In this document: positions 10,412-25,078 of the stretch, piece by piece
How the letters are laid out: each line of letters begins with the position of its first letter
Numbering within the stretch: the first letter of the stretch is position 1
Source of the DNA: Dehalococcoidia bacterium
GTDB lineage: Bacteria; Chloroflexota; Dehalococcoidia; Plut-88900
Length of the DNA stretch: 64,000 nt
Direction of reading: 5' to 3'
NCBI GenBank assembly: GCA_965249275.1
Contig: CBDFLQ010000006.1
Location: forward strand, 892,492 to 956,491
The notes under the pieces: generated by a model
What the model was told of the DNA's origin: nothing
The model's database searches: none
Seen by the model: only the letters and a program-made list of their open reading frames with translations
Program-made: the position numbers and the translations under genes

Positions 10412-11353
10412 CTAGACCCTGGCCGTCCCCACGATACTGGACAAGGTGTCTACGCCCTGCTGTTCCATGTACTCCCTTAACCCATCCGCCACGTCCACGC
10501 AGGCCCGAGGATTGGTGAAGTTGGCTGTCCCTATCTGGACTGCAGTGGCGCCTGCCATTATGAATTCCAGGGCATCCTGCGCGTTGCTGATGCCCCCCAT
10601 CCCGACCACCGGAACGTCTACCGCACCCGCGGCCCTGTATACCATAGCCAAGGCCAACGGTTTGATTGCCGGCCCCGAAAGACCGCCCGTCACCGTGCTC
10701 AGCGTAGGTCTGCGCTTGGGCACGTCTATGGTGAGCCCTACGTAGGTGTTCACCAGGGATATGCAGTCCGCTCCACTATCCACCACCGCCCGGGATATTT
10801 CGGCAATGTCGGTCACGTTGGGGGTGAGCTTGACCATGACGGGGAGCGACGTGTTTTTCTTGACTGTCTCTGTGACCAGCGCCGCCGCCCGTGCATCGAC
10901 ACCGAACTCCAGGCCCCCTCGCTCCACATTCGGGCACCCGATGTTCACTTCGAGACCGCTGATGCCCGGCCGGCCTTCCAGTATCCGGGCAATCTCACCG
11001 AACTCGGTCGCGGTCTCGCCGGATATGTTTGCTATGACTTTGATCGGCCACGTTGCCCACTCTGGAGCGAGCGCATCCGCCGCGGCCTCCGCACCGACGT
11101 TCTGCAGGCCGATTGTGTTAAGCAGTCCGGCGGATGTCTCGGCCAGGCGAGGCTGTGGGTTTCCAGCGCGCGGGTATCGGGTTATCCCCTTGCACACTAT
11201 CGCCCCAATACGGGACAGGTCCGAGACCTCTCCCAACTCCTTGCCGTAGGCCACCGTCCCCGAGGCCCCGATCACCGGATTGCTGATGACCAGGCCCCGC
11301 GGATGCAGAGGCGCCAGATTGACCGAAAGGTCCAGTTTTACGGCTGTCCTCAT
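10412..11353 (-). CDS. pyrD: Dihydroorotate dehydrogenase family 1B catalytic subunit
   Basis: ASGT, GNPQPR, NIGCPNV, KLTPNVTD, GGLSGPAIKP. Confidence 0.95.
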   Translation of the reverse strand: MRTAVKLDLSVNLAPLHPRGLVISNPVIGASGTVAYGKELGEVSDLSRIGAIVCKGITRYPRAGNPQPRLAETSAGLLNTIGLQNVGAEAAADALAPEWATWPIKVIANISGETATEFGEIARILEGRPGISGLEVNIGCPNVERGGLEFGVDARAAALVTETVKKNTSLPVMVKLTPNVTDIAEISRAVVDSGADCISLVNTYVGLTIDVPKRRPTLSTVTGGLSGPAIKPLALAMVYRAAGAVDVPVVGMGGISNAQDALEFIMAGATAVQIGTANFTNPRACVDVADGLREYMEQQGVDTLSSIVGTARV

Positions 11354-15628
<4,275 letters not shown>

Positions 15629-15631
15629 GTA

Positions 15632-18600
15632 CTACAACACCTCTTTTTCTGATTCTTCGGTTGCGGCTTCGTCCGGCTCGGGGCCCAGCTGTGCAAGTAT
15701 GTCCAACTCTCCCTCCACGCCGTCTTCTGTTTCGGCAATGTCTTCATCCAATAGCGTTTCTTCTGCTTCCTCGTTCAGCAGCTCCACCGAGAGCCCCAGG
15801 CTCTGCAACTCTTTCTGCAGCACCCGGAAGGATTCGGGAACGCCGGGCTGGAACACGTCCTCGCCCTTGACTATCGATTCGTAGGTCTTCACCCGACCCG
15901 CCACGTCGTCCGACTTGACTGTCAGCATCTCCTGGAGCAGGTGGGCCGCACTGTAGGCCTCAAGGGCCCACACCTCCATTTCCCCGAACCTCTGCCCTCC
16001 GAACTGAGCCTTGCCGCCCAGGGGCTGCTGGGTTATCAGGGAGTAGGGGCCGGTGGACCGGGCGTGGATCTTGTCCTCTACCAGGTGAATCAGCTTCATC
16101 ATGTAGATTGGCCCCACGGTTATCGGCTGGTCGAAAGCCTCTCCCGTACGGCCGTCACGCAGAAGCATCTTGCCGAAGAAAGGCGGGATGACATCCCGTT
16201 CGGACATGGCCTCCGTCATCTTGGCATTCAGCTCCTCGCGCCCGAAATCGGAAGCATCTATTCCCATATCATCGAACCAGAGCTTCAGGCACACCTCTTT
16301 TGCCAGGCCGGGGCTGTTGTCCCCCATAACCTGCTCCCCGTCGTATCCCTTGCCCTTCAGCCAGTCAATGGCCATGTGGCCGTTCTGGGGGCCGGCGCCG
16401 TTCTGGGGGTCGGAGCCGTTCTCGGGGCCCGGAAGTGCAGTCTCAGCCCGCTGGTTAATCCACATCTTGGACAGGGCATCTTCAATTGACGTGTCGCTCG
16501 CTCCGTCGAATACGGGCGTCGCGACCTTGAACCCGAGGGCCTGGGCCGCGAGGCCCAGGTGGGTCTCCAGAATCTGCCCCAGGTTCATCCTGGACGGCAC
16601 GCCGATGGGGTTTAACACTATGTCTATTGGAGTCCCATTCGGCAGGAAGGGCATCTCCTCCTCGGGCAGGATTACCGCTATGACGCCCTTGTTGCCGTGG
16701 CGTCCCGCCATCTTGTCTCCCTCGGCTATCTTCCGGGTGTGGGCCACCCAGACCCGGACCAGCTGGTTTACGCCTGGGGAAAGCTCGTCCTTGTCGTCCC
16801 TGGTGAACTTTTTGACGTCAATTACCTTGCCCTGCTCGCCGTGGGGAACCCGCAGGCAGGTGTCCTTAACTTCCCGGGCCTTCTCACCGAAGATCGCCCG
16901 CAGCAGCTTCTCTTCCGCCGTGAGCTCCGTTTCACCCTTGGGCGTTATCTTGCCGACCAGGATGTCTCCCGGCCCGACAACCGCCCCAATCCTGATGATT
17001 CCTTCCTCGTCCAGATCGGCCAGGCTTTCTTCGCCAACATTCGGGATGTCCTGGGTGATCTCCTCGGGGCCAAGTTTCGTGTCCCGGGCCTCCACCTCGT
17101 GCTTCTCGATATGAATCGAGGTGAACTTGTCCTCCCGGACTATCCGTTCGCTTATTACAATGGCGTCTTCGTAGTTGTAGCCTTCCCAGCTCATAAAGGC
17201 ACACAGGACGTTCTGTCCCAGCGCCAACTCTCCCATGTCGGTAGAGGAGCTGTCGGCCAGGACCTGGCCTCGGCTTACCCGGTCTCCCTTCTGCACAATC
17301 GGCCTCTGGTTTATGCAGGTACCCTGGTTGCTCCGCATGAACTTGAGCAAGGGGTATTCCCGCAGACCGCCCTCGTCCTGCTTAATCATGATTTCATCGC
17401 CGGAAACCGAGACCACCTTGCCGTCAGCCGCAGCCACACACACCTGACCACTGTCCTTGGCAACATAGGCCTCCATTCCAGTCCCGATCAGGGGCGACTC
17501 GGGGCGGAGGAGGGGCACGGCTTGCCTCTGCATGTTGGAGCCCATCAGCGCTCGGTTGGCGTCGTCGTGCTCCAGGAACGGGATCAAAGAAGTTGAAACA
17601 CTGACTATCTGCTTCGGCGATACGTCCATGAAGTCGACGTTCTCGGGAATCTCCATCCGCAGAGTTTCGCCGTAGCGGGCCTCGATCCTTTCCGTCGTGA
17701 ACTGGTTCTGCTCGTCCAGCCTCAAGTTGGCCTGCGCTATGACGTACTGCTCCTCTTCATCCGCCGCGAGGTAGTCGATATTGGCCGACACAAACGGCTT
17801 AACACTGATAGTCCGCCCGTTCAGACCAGCGATCCTCTTGGCCATCGCCTTCGTTACTACCTTGCCCTCCCGGGATATCGTTCTCCCCTCGTTCCCCACC
17901 ACCTTCTCAGTCAGCGTCTTGCCGACAATCTCGGGGGAATCGCAGGGGACTTCCTTTATGACCCGACGGTAGGGGGTCTCTATGAAGCCGTACTCGTTGA
18001 TGACTGAATAAGTGGCCAGGGACCCGAGAAGTCCAATGTTGGGCCCTTCAGGGGTCTCGATGGGGCATATCCGCCCGTAGTGGGAATGGTGTACGTCCCT
18101 GACGTCAAATCCCGCCCTCTCCCTGGACAGCCCGCCCGGGCCTAGTGTCGATAACCGGCGCTTGTGGGTCAGCTCCGCCAGGGGGTTGGTCTGGTCCATG
18201 AACTGGGACAGCTGCGAACCACCGAAGAACTCCTTGATGGAAGCCACTATGGGTCGCACGTTGACCAACGCCTGCGCCATCGCTGTTTCCGCCTCGGTCA
18301 GGGTCATCCTCTCCCGCACCACCCTCTCCATCCGCATCAGCCCGATACGGAACTGGTTCTGAATAAGCTCACCGACACCCTTCACTCGCCTGTTGCCCAG
18401 GTGGTCGATGTCGTCGACGGTGTCTTTGCCCTGGTTTACCAGGATCACCTTGCGGACTATAGCCAGCAGGTCCTCCTTGTTGAGGGCGCGGTTGCTGAAC
18501 ACCTCATTCACCTTCTCGGCCTTCTCCTCCGGCAGGATGGCCTTTACTGCCTCTTCGTCGAAGATGCCCGTCGCCACGATGGGGTGGACCATCGCCGCTT

Positions 18601-19585
18601 CCTCTTTATCCAGGCCCAGGGCCTTCAGCAGCTCGGTCCCCAGCCGCTTGTTTACCTTGTAGCGGCCAACCTTTCCGAAGTCGTACCTGCGCGGGTTGAA
18701 GAAAAGGGCCTTCAGCAGGTTGTCTGCATTCTCGACGGTGGGGGGCTCTCCGGGCCTGATGCGCCGGTACAGCTCTATCAGCGCCTCCTCCCGAGACTCG
18801 ATGCCCCCATCCTTCTCCAGCGTCCTGTCGATGTACGAGTTTTCGCCTTCCAGGTCGATGTCTTTGAACAGTTCCTTGATAGGTTCATCATTCCCGTACC
18901 CGACGCACCTGAGCAGCGTAGTCACGGGGAGCTTCCTCTTCCGGTCCACCTTCGCCGAGATTATGCCCCGGTTGCTGGTCTCAAGCTCCAGCCACGCACC
19001 CCGGTTGGGGATCAGCTTGGTCGAGCAGAGGCCTCGTCCCGTGGACGGGTCGGTGTCCAGTGTGAAATAGACCCCCGGCGAGCGCACGAGCTGGCTTACA
19101 ACCACCCGCTCCGCGCCGTTGATGATGAAGGTGCCCTGGGAGGTCATAAGGGGAATGTCCCCCATGAACAGCTCCTGCTCCTTCACCTCTCCCGTCTGCT
19201 TGATTACAAGCTGCACCTTCACGTACAGGGGAGCCGAGTAGGTTGCGTCGCGCATCCGGCACTCGCTCTCGTCGTACTTCGGGAAGTGCTTCTTTTGGCA
19301 ATCCGGGTTCTGCAGAGGACACGGGAGGGGAGTGCCGTCCGGGCTCTTATCCTTTGTCGGGTCCCGGAACTCGTAGTCCAGGAAGTGGAGGTCGAACCTG
19401 CCACCTGCGTAGTCGGATATCGGCGACACTTTTTCGAACAATTCCTTGAGTCCTTCTCTTCGGAACCATTCGTAGGAGTCCAGTTGGACAAGGATCAGGC
19501 TGGGTATCTCAAGGACTTCGGGGAGCTTGGAGAACGACACTCGGCTCCGGTCAAGGGTTTCGGGCGCGGGTAGAGTCGACACCAT
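15632..19585 (-). CDS. rpoB: RNA polymerase beta subunit
   Basis: [28 protein letters not shown]; SD GGAGG upstream. Confidence 0.99.
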   Translation of the reverse strand: MVSTLPAPETLDRSRVSFSKLPEVLEIPSLILVQLDSYEWFRREGLKELFEKVSPISDYAGGRFDLHFLDYEFRDPTKDKSPDGTPLPCPLQNPDCQKKHFPKYDESECRMRDATYSAPLYVKVQLVIKQTGEVKEQELFMGDIPLMTSQGTFIINGAERVVVSQLVRSPGVYFTLDTDPSTGRGLCSTKLIPNRGAWLELETSNRGIISAKVDRKRKLPVTTLLRCVGYGNDEPIKELFKDIDLEGENSYIDRTLEKDGGIESREEALIELYRRIRPGEPPTVENADNLLKALFFNPRRYDFGKVGRYKVNKRLGTELLKALGLDKEEAAMVHPIVATGIFDEEAVKAILPEEKAEKVNEVFSNRALNKEDLLAIVRKVILVNQGKDTVDDIDHLGNRRVKGVGELIQNQFRIGLMRMERVVRERMTLTEAETAMAQALVNVRPIVASIKEFFGGSQLSQFMDQTNPLAELTHKRRLSTLGPGGLSRERAGFDVRDVHHSHYGRICPIETPEGPNIGLLGSLATYSVINEYGFIETPYRRVIKEVPCDSPEIVGKTLTEKVVGNEGRTISREGKVVTKAMAKRIAGLNGRTISVKPFVSANIDYLAADEEEQYVIAQANLRLDEQNQFTTERIEARYGETLRMEIPENVDFMDVSPKQIVSVSTSLIPFLEHDDANRALMGSNMQRQAVPLLRPESPLIGTGMEAYVAKDSGQVCVAAADGKVVSVSGDEIMIKQDEGGLREYPLLKFMRSNQGTCINQRPIVQKGDRVSRGQVLADSSSTDMGELALGQNVLCAFMSWEGYNYEDAIVISERIVREDKFTSIHIEKHEVEARDTKLGPEEITQDIPNVGEESLADLDEEGIIRIGAVVGPGDILVGKITPKGETELTAEEKLLRAIFGEKAREVKDTCLRVPHGEQGKVIDVKKFTRDDKDELSPGVNQLVRVWVAHTRKIAEGDKMAGRHGNKGVIAVILPEEEMPFLPNGTPIDIVLNPIGVPSRMNLGQILETHLGLAAQALGFKVATPVFDGASDTSIEDALSKMWINQRAETALPGPENGSDPQNGAGPQNGHMAIDWLKGKGYDGEQVMGDNSPGLAKEVCLKLWFDDMGIDASDFGREELNAKMTEAMSERDVIPPFFGKMLLRDGRTGEAFDQPITVGPIYMMKLIHLVEDKIHARSTGPYSLITQQPLGGKAQFGGQRFGEMEVWALEAYSAAHLLQEMLTVKSDDVAGRVKTYESIVKGEDVFQPGVPESFRVLQKELQSLGLSVELLNEEAEETLLDEDIAETEDGVEGELDILAQLGPEPDEAATEESEKEVL
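16379..16432. repeat. 3 x 18-nt in-frame tandem repeat within rpoB
   Basis: GCCGTTCTGGGGGCCGGC / GCCGTTCTGGGGGTCGGA / GCCGTTCTCGGGGCCCGG encoding [16 protein letters not shown]. Confidence 0.85.
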
Positions 19586-19868
19586 GGCGTCTAGAACCTC
19601 CAGGATAACAGGGTAGTAATGCCTATACCTGTGCTAGGTGAGGTGCGGGTACAAATGGTCAGCTCGGGGGGATGAGCCTTAGAGGGGGAATGGGGCACGG
19701 GGAGTACTGCATTCGACCTGCCATATTAGCACCCGCTAAATGCCCTGTCAATAGAATGCGACCCCTAATTTGGAGCAATTCCATGTTGCCTGGTGAGCGT
19801 CCTGAGGCCAAGGCCCGGGCCATTGGCCCAAAGAGGTCTCGATTCTCTGCCTCCTGTGCCTGTTCAAG

Positions 19869-19898
19869 TTGACAATAAGGCACGCATACAGGTAGGCT
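19869..19898 (+). promoter_or_regulatory. Sigma70-type promoter for the aro leader
   Basis: TTGACA (19869-74), 18-nt spacer, TAGGCT (19893-98). Confidence 0.55.
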
Positions 19899-19907
19899 TT
19901 ATCGGCT

Positions 19908-20003
19908 ATGACAAGCTGGGATGCTGCACAGGGCTATTATCGCCACTTTATAAGCGTGCCAATGTGCGCCGGTGAGGTCTTGACGCTCTACCCCCAATCA
20001 TAG
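19908..20003 (+). CDS. Putative aromatic-amino-acid leader peptide (31 aa)
   Basis: MTSWDAAQGYYRHFISVPMCAGEVLTLYPQS*; W, YY and F codons upstream of DAHP synthase; overlaps the antiterminator strand. Confidence 0.65.
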   Translation: MTSWDAAQGYYRHFISVPMCAGEVLTLYPQS

Positions 20004-20028
20004 GACAGGACAGACAAGAGAACGTTCG

Positions 20029-20061
20029 AGACCTCGACCACAACCGGTCGAGGTCTTTTTT
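20029..20061 (+). terminator. Attenuator terminator upstream of DAHP synthase
   Basis: AGACCTCGACC-acaacc-GGTCGAGGTCT followed by a T run. Confidence 0.85.
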
Positions 20062-20077
20062 GCTGAGAGGTGAGGAG

Positions 20078-21133
20078 ATGGTCCAGATCGAGAAGTCGGT
20101 AGTCCATGACGTAAGGGTTGAGAGCATCAAGCGGCTGGACCCACCGTCTGCATATTGGAAGCGTTACCCGCTGCCGGACCCCATAAGGGAGCAAATTGCC
20201 CGGCATCGGCGCCAGATAGAAGCAATTCTGAGCGGCCGCGACGCACGGCTGCTCATAATCGTCGGGCCATGCTCGATCCACGACACCGAATTGGGCCTCG
20301 ACTACGCCCGGCGCTTGGCAGGGCTTGCCAAAGAGGTCGAAGACCGGCTCATGATCGCCATGCGGGTCTACTTCGAGAAGCCTCGCACTACTGTCGGCTG
20401 GAAGGGCCTCATAAATGACCCTCAGCTCAACGGCACCTACGATGTACAAGAGGGCCTGGCCAAGGCTCGGCAGTTTCTGATAGACGTATGCTCCCAGGGT
20501 CTGCCGACTGCTACAGAGTTCCTGGAGCCGTTCACTCCTCAATATCTCAGCGACATGATCTCCTGGGGCGCTATCGGCGCAAGGACCACCGAGAGCCAGC
20601 CCCACAGGCTCATGGCGAGCGGTCTCAGTATGCCGATAGGGTTCAAGAACGGTACAGGCGGGGGCGTGGAAATCGCAGTTGATGGCGTAGTGTCCGCCAT
20701 GTCGGAGCATGTTTTCCTCGGCATCGATGCCGACGGCATCGCATCCGTGGTAAAGACCATAGGCAACCCTGCCGCCCATTTGATACTCCGGGGAGGAAAG
20801 TCGGGCCCCAACTACGGCGTGGAGTCGGTGGCTACCGCACAGGGATTACTCAAGAAGCGCGGCCTCTCCTCCAACCTGCTCGTGGACTGTTCTCATGCCA
20901 ACTCGAACAAGGACCACAAGTTGCAATCCGCCGTCTTCAACGCACTCCTCGATCAAAGGGCGACCAATCCGGGGATTGTCGGCCTAATGCTCGAAAGCAA
21001 CATCAAAGAGGGAAACCAGTCCTTGGGAGATCCTTCAAAGCTCGAATACGGCGTTTCGATCACGGATGCCTGCATCGGGTGGGAGGAAACCGAGGAAATC
21101 ATCCGGTCAGCCCATGCGCGGCTGGGGAGCTAG
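20078..21133 (+). CDS. 3-deoxy-7-phosphoheptulonate (DAHP) synthase, class Ia (AroF/G/H family)
   Basis: GPCSIHD, RVYFEKPRTTVGWKGL, IGARTTESQ, DCSHANS, SITDAC; SD GAGG. Confidence 0.96.
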   Translation: MVQIEKSVVHDVRVESIKRLDPPSAYWKRYPLPDPIREQIARHRRQIEAILSGRDARLLIIVGPCSIHDTELGLDYARRLAGLAKEVEDRLMIAMRVYFEKPRTTVGWKGLINDPQLNGTYDVQEGLAKARQFLIDVCSQGLPTATEFLEPFTPQYLSDMISWGAIGARTTESQPHRLMASGLSMPIGFKNGTGGGVEIAVDGVVSAMSEHVFLGIDADGIASVVKTIGNPAAHLILRGGKSGPNYGVESVATAQGLLKKRGLSSNLLVDCSHANSNKDHKLQSAVFNALLDQRATNPGIVGLMLESNIKEGNQSLGDPSKLEYGVSITDACIGWEETEEIIRSAHARLGS

Positions 21134-21215
21134 GGATTTTGCCTGCCTTGATTGGAGCGCTCAGCCCGGACCCGAGGGACTCGCTAAGCGAGACCTTTGC
21201 ATAACCTCTAGTGGT

Positions 21216-21294
21216 GGGGCCGCTCGTGCTGTCGTAGATCCGCCGAGGCGGGAGGCTCTCGAAGTATGAGCGGGGGGCCACGCACTGCCAATCC
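21216..21294. repeat. Dispersed REP-like palindromic repeat, copy A
   Basis: GGGGCCGCTC...TGTCGTAGATCCGCCGAGGCGGGAG...TCGAAG...GAGCGGGG...CTGCCAATCC; related copies at 27432 and 50650. Confidence 0.8.
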
Positions 21295-21419
21295 GTCGCA
21301 GTTATCCGCCCTATTTTTTGTGACACGGACCCCTTGCCCCTCCCCTCACCGCCCCATCTATAATGCCGTTATGCGAATGTTCCTCACTTTCCTTCACGGG
21401 CCCCGAAATCCCTGGAGTT

Positions 21420-21464
21420 TCCAAACAATCAAACATCGTGCCTGCTTCCTCCAAACAATCAAAC
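21420..21464. repeat. Direct repeat TCCAAACAATCAAAC x2 (30-nt period)
   Basis: Exact 15-mer at 21420-21434 and 21450-21464. Confidence 0.8.
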
Positions 21465-21604
21465 GTAAGGCCGGTTTTTTTGGTTGACCGCTTTCTTATT
21501 GATTGGCATATGTCAACTAAACCGTATGCTCAGCACCAATTCAGAGGTTTCCCGCCACCTTCCCCTGTGCTATCATCGTCCGGTAGTTTTCCTCCTCTGG
21601 TGGC

Positions 21605-22183
21605 ATGTCTCCCCTTGACCTGAGTCTTCTCATTGAGCCCCCTTACCGCGACAATTTGGATGCCGCATTGATCCAATGTGCCGTGTCAAATGTCCTCGAA
21701 GTAGAGGGTGCCCGATACCCCGCCGAGGTTTCCGTCGCCGTCACTGGAGACGACACGGTAGCCGACCTTAACCTGAGGTTCAGGGGCAAATCGGGCACCA
21801 CCGACGTGCTGTCATTCACCATGAGTGGGAGCGAGGTCGGAGAGGGAGGATTCGTCAGCCCGCCCAGCGGCAAGCAGGACCTTGGAGAGGTGATAATCTC
21901 CTACCCCCAGGCCTCCCGTCAGGCCGAGAGTCTGGGCCACGAGACCAAGGACGAAATAGCCTTCCTTACAGTTCACGGCATGTTTCACCTCCTGGGCTAC
22001 GACCACGAAGTACCCTCCGAGGCGGACCTGATGAAAGAGATGGAGACCCGAGCATTACGCCTCATGGGTATTGAGCGAAAGGCCCTGTTCCCGGAGCAAA
22101 ATGATGGGGAGGGGATGGACTCACGCCTCGGCGCATCTTCGACCGGCTCGGAGGCCCGAATGACGGATTTGGGGAACAACTGA
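21605..22183 (+). CDS. ybeY: rRNA maturation endoribonuclease YbeY
   Basis: TDVLSF, LGEVIIS, HGMFHLLGYDH metal motif. Confidence 0.95.
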   Translation: MSPLDLSLLIEPPYRDNLDAALIQCAVSNVLEVEGARYPAEVSVAVTGDDTVADLNLRFRGKSGTTDVLSFTMSGSEVGEGGFVSPPSGKQDLGEVIISYPQASRQAESLGHETKDEIAFLTVHGMFHLLGYDHEVPSEADLMKEMETRALRLMGIERKALFPEQNDGEGMDSRLGASSTGSEARMTDLGNN

Positions 22184-24042
22184 TGGTCTCCGAAGTGCTC
22201 TATCGTAAGTGGCGACCCCAGACCCTCGCCGGAGTGGTGGGGCAGGAGCACGTTACCCGCACCCTCATCAACGCCCTTACCCAGGGCCGGGTCGCCCACG
22301 CCTACCTCTTCTGCGGGCCCCGGGGCACAGGCAAGACCAGCACCGCCCGAATCCTCGCCAAGGCTGTCAACTGCGTCAGGAACGGCAAGGGCGAGCCCTG
22401 CAACGAGTGCCCGCAATGCGTGGCGGTCGGCATGGGCAACGCCCTCGATCTCATTGAGATAGACGCCGCCTCCAACCGAGGCATCGACGAGGTGCGTGAC
22501 CTACGGGAGCGCGTCAACTATTTGCCTGCCGAGTCCCCCTTCAAGGTCTATATTGTCGACGAAGTCCATATGATGACCACGCCCGCCTTCAACGCCCTCC
22601 TCAAGATTCTGGAGGAACCCCCGAGGCACGTAATCTTCATTCTCGCCACAACCGAAGCTCACAGGCTCCCCGTCACCATCGTATCCCGCTGCCAGCGCTT
22701 CGACTTCCGCCGTCTCAGCCAAAGCTCCGTCGAGGGCCGGCTCCAGGAACTCTGCGACGACGAGGGCGTAAAGGTCGAGCCCTGGGTGATGAAGTCCATC
22801 GTCCGGGCCTCGGAGGGGAGCCTCCGGGACGCCGAGAACCTGCTGGAGCAGCTCATCGTCTCTTTCGGCGCCAGCATCGAACCTGCCCACCTGCGGGAGC
22901 TGCTCGGCGTATCATCGGGCCTGCCCCTTCAGGAGGTCGCCGCGGGGATGCTCTCCGGCGACCTGCCAGGTGCACTCAGGTCCCTGCACGGTGTCGCCGA
23001 GCAGGGGTTGAACCTGAAGCACTTCCACCGGGAGATGCTCGAATATCTCCGGTCGTTGCTCCTGATCAAGGCCGGGGCCGCCGACGTGCTGGACTTGCCC
23101 GACGAGGACTTGGTAGGGGCGCGTGAGCAGGCCTCGACATCCGACATCGGACTGTTGCAGCGCGCCCTCGCCCTCTGGAGCAGCGCCAACCTGAGAGCCG
23201 ATTCCTCGAGCCCCATGCCCCTGGAAATGGCCATCATTGACGTCGCTCTATACGCCTCCCAACCCGCCTCCACCCCCCAGCAAACCAGGCCTGCCAGGAG
23301 CGCTGCTGCCCCAGAACCCGCAAGGCCGGCGGCACCCGCACCGCGCGCAAGAACCGCCCCGACGCCCGCACCCCAACCTCCAAAGCCACCCGTCCGTGAC
23401 CCCGAGCTCCAACCGGTCGCAAAGGCCCCTTCAAACGGTGTCCCGGCACCCGATACCCATTTAGAGGAAACCCAGAGTCCCGCGCCGGTCTCAGAGCCTC
23501 AGCCCGAGCCTTTAGCTACACCCGTGCCGGTATCTGAAGGAACAGGCGACATCTCCGATTTCAAAGAGAGATGGCCGGCATTGGTGGATGCTCTACGAGG
23601 CGTCGGGTCCAAGGGAAGCCTGGATGCGGTTCTCCGCAGTGCCAGCGAGCCCGTGGCCCTTGAGGGCGACACCCTGGTTATCGGTTTCTTCCACGAATTC
23701 CACAAGAACTGGATCGACAACCCCAAGTATCGCCACTTGGTCGAAAAGAAGGTAAACGAGGTGTTCGGCGGGCCCTATCGGATCCGCTGCGACCTTGTCA
23801 GTAAGGATAGGTCACCTCGCCTCGAATCCGGTCCGGCCATAAGCGAGCCTGCGCCCCCGAACGGCGGCTACGGACAACCCGCCTTGGCAGCGCAACCGGA
23901 GCCCCGAGCCAAGGAACCCCCACTCGTCCCCGCCACCCCCGACTCGGGGCCCGGGCCACTGGTGAAGGCAGCGCTAGAGATGGGAGCCAGGATTATCGAG
24001 CGGGGGCCGGAGAATTCCAGCGTCACCGGGAGCGCATTATGA
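22183..24042 (+). CDS. dnaX: DNA polymerase III subunit gamma/tau
   Basis: LYRKWRP, GPRGTGKT, IDAASNRG, SRCQRF; Pro/Ala-rich linker. Confidence 0.97.
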   Translation: MVSEVLYRKWRPQTLAGVVGQEHVTRTLINALTQGRVAHAYLFCGPRGTGKTSTARILAKAVNCVRNGKGEPCNECPQCVAVGMGNALDLIEIDAASNRGIDEVRDLRERVNYLPAESPFKVYIVDEVHMMTTPAFNALLKILEEPPRHVIFILATTEAHRLPVTIVSRCQRFDFRRLSQSSVEGRLQELCDDEGVKVEPWVMKSIVRASEGSLRDAENLLEQLIVSFGASIEPAHLRELLGVSSGLPLQEVAAGMLSGDLPGALRSLHGVAEQGLNLKHFHREMLEYLRSLLLIKAGAADVLDLPDEDLVGAREQASTSDIGLLQRALALWSSANLRADSSSPMPLEMAIIDVALYASQPASTPQQTRPARSAAAPEPARPAAPAPRARTAPTPAPQPPKPPVRDPELQPVAKAPSNGVPAPDTHLEETQSPAPVSEPQPEPLATPVPVSEGTGDISDFKERWPALVDALRGVGSKGSLDAVLRSASEPVALEGDTLVIGFFHEFHKNWIDNPKYRHLVEKKVNEVFGGPYRIRCDLVSKDRSPRLESGPAISEPAPPNGGYGQPALAAQPEPRAKEPPLVPATPDSGPGPLVKAALEMGARIIERGPENSSVTGSAL

Positions 24043-24350
24043 ACAGACAGATGCGGCGTCAGATGAAACAGATGCAGGATGTCCAGTCCCTGCTGGCCAA
24101 GGCCCAGGAAGAGCTGGCCGACAAGGACGTCGAGGCCAGTGTCGGCGGCGGCGCAGTCAAGGTCGTCATGAATGGCAAACAGGAGATCAAGTCCATCACC
24201 ATCTCACCCGAGGTCGTTGACCCGGAGGACGTGGAGATGCTCCAGGACCTTGTCCAGGCCGCCGTCACCGAGGCCATCGAGAAGTCCCAGGGCCTGGCCT
24301 CCAGCCACCTTGGAGGACTCACCGCGGGCCTCAACATCCCCGGGCTGTAG
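24039..24350 (+). CDS. ybaB: YbaB/EbfC nucleoid-associated protein
   Basis: GGGAVKV..NG, DPEDVEMLQDL; located between dnaX and recR. Confidence 0.95.
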   Translation: MNRQMRRQMKQMQDVQSLLAKAQEELADKDVEASVGGGAVKVVMNGKQEIKSITISPEVVDPEDVEMLQDLVQAAVTEAIEKSQGLASSHLGGLTAGLNIPGL

Positions 24351-24365
24351 GCAGCGGGGAAGTCC

Positions 24366-24971
24366 ATGTCCACCTCGCCCACCTCTCCAGCCGTGACCCG
24401 GCTCATAGAGGCATTCCACCGGCTGCCGGGCATCGGGCCCAAGACGGCCCAGCGGCTAACCTATCACGTGGTGCGCCTCCCCGAAGAGGAGGCCCGAGCC
24501 CTCTCCGAAGCCATCATCGCCGTCAAGGAGCGCACCACCCTTTGCGGCTCGTGCCAGAACATCGCCGAGACCGAGGTGTGCCCCCTCTGCAGCGACTTTC
24601 GTCGTGACCGTAGCCAGATCTGCGTCGTAGAAGAGCCTTTGGACATCCTCCCCATCGAGAGGTCGGGCAAGTTCCACGGACTGTTCCACGTCCTCCACGG
24701 CGTGATCTCTCCCATGGACGGCATCACACCCGACGACCTGAAGGTGAAGGAGTTGCTGCACCGTCTCCGCGACGGCCAGGTGAAGGAGATAATCCTCGGC
24801 ATCAACCCCAACATCGAGGGTGACGCCACCTGCATGTATCTGAACGGGCTGATATCGCCCCTTGGGATACGGGTCACGCGGCTGGCTCGGGGCCTCCCCG
24901 CCGGCGGCGACCTCGAGTATGTGGATGACGTGACGCTGGCTCGGGCCCTGGAGGGTCGGCAGCCGTTTTAG
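24366..24971 (+). CDS. recR: Recombination mediator RecR
   Basis: LPGIGPKTAQRL, C4 Zn finger, Toprim PNIEGDAT. Confidence 0.97.
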   Translation: MSTSPTSPAVTRLIEAFHRLPGIGPKTAQRLTYHVVRLPEEEARALSEAIIAVKERTTLCGSCQNIAETEVCPLCSDFRRDRSQICVVEEPLDILPIERSGKFHGLFHVLHGVISPMDGITPDDLKVKELLHRLRDGQVKEIILGINPNIEGDATCMYLNGLISPLGIRVTRLARGLPAGGDLEYVDDVTLARALEGRQPF

Positions 24972-25078
24972 CGCCCCGACCCGCAACTCCTTCTTTCGGA
25001 TGCCCAGAGAAGACACTAAGGCCCTTTTTCGACGTTTCCTTCATCCTTTAATATGAGGCCTCGGCGTATAATCCCCTC

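Noticed and set aside
21420-21464. Mini CRISPR array
   Set aside because: Only two 15-nt repeats with a 15-nt spacer and no cas genes; no CRISPR array found anywhere in the window.
22183-24042. dnaX programmed -1 frameshift
   Set aside because: No A AAA AAG or long A-run slippery site seen.
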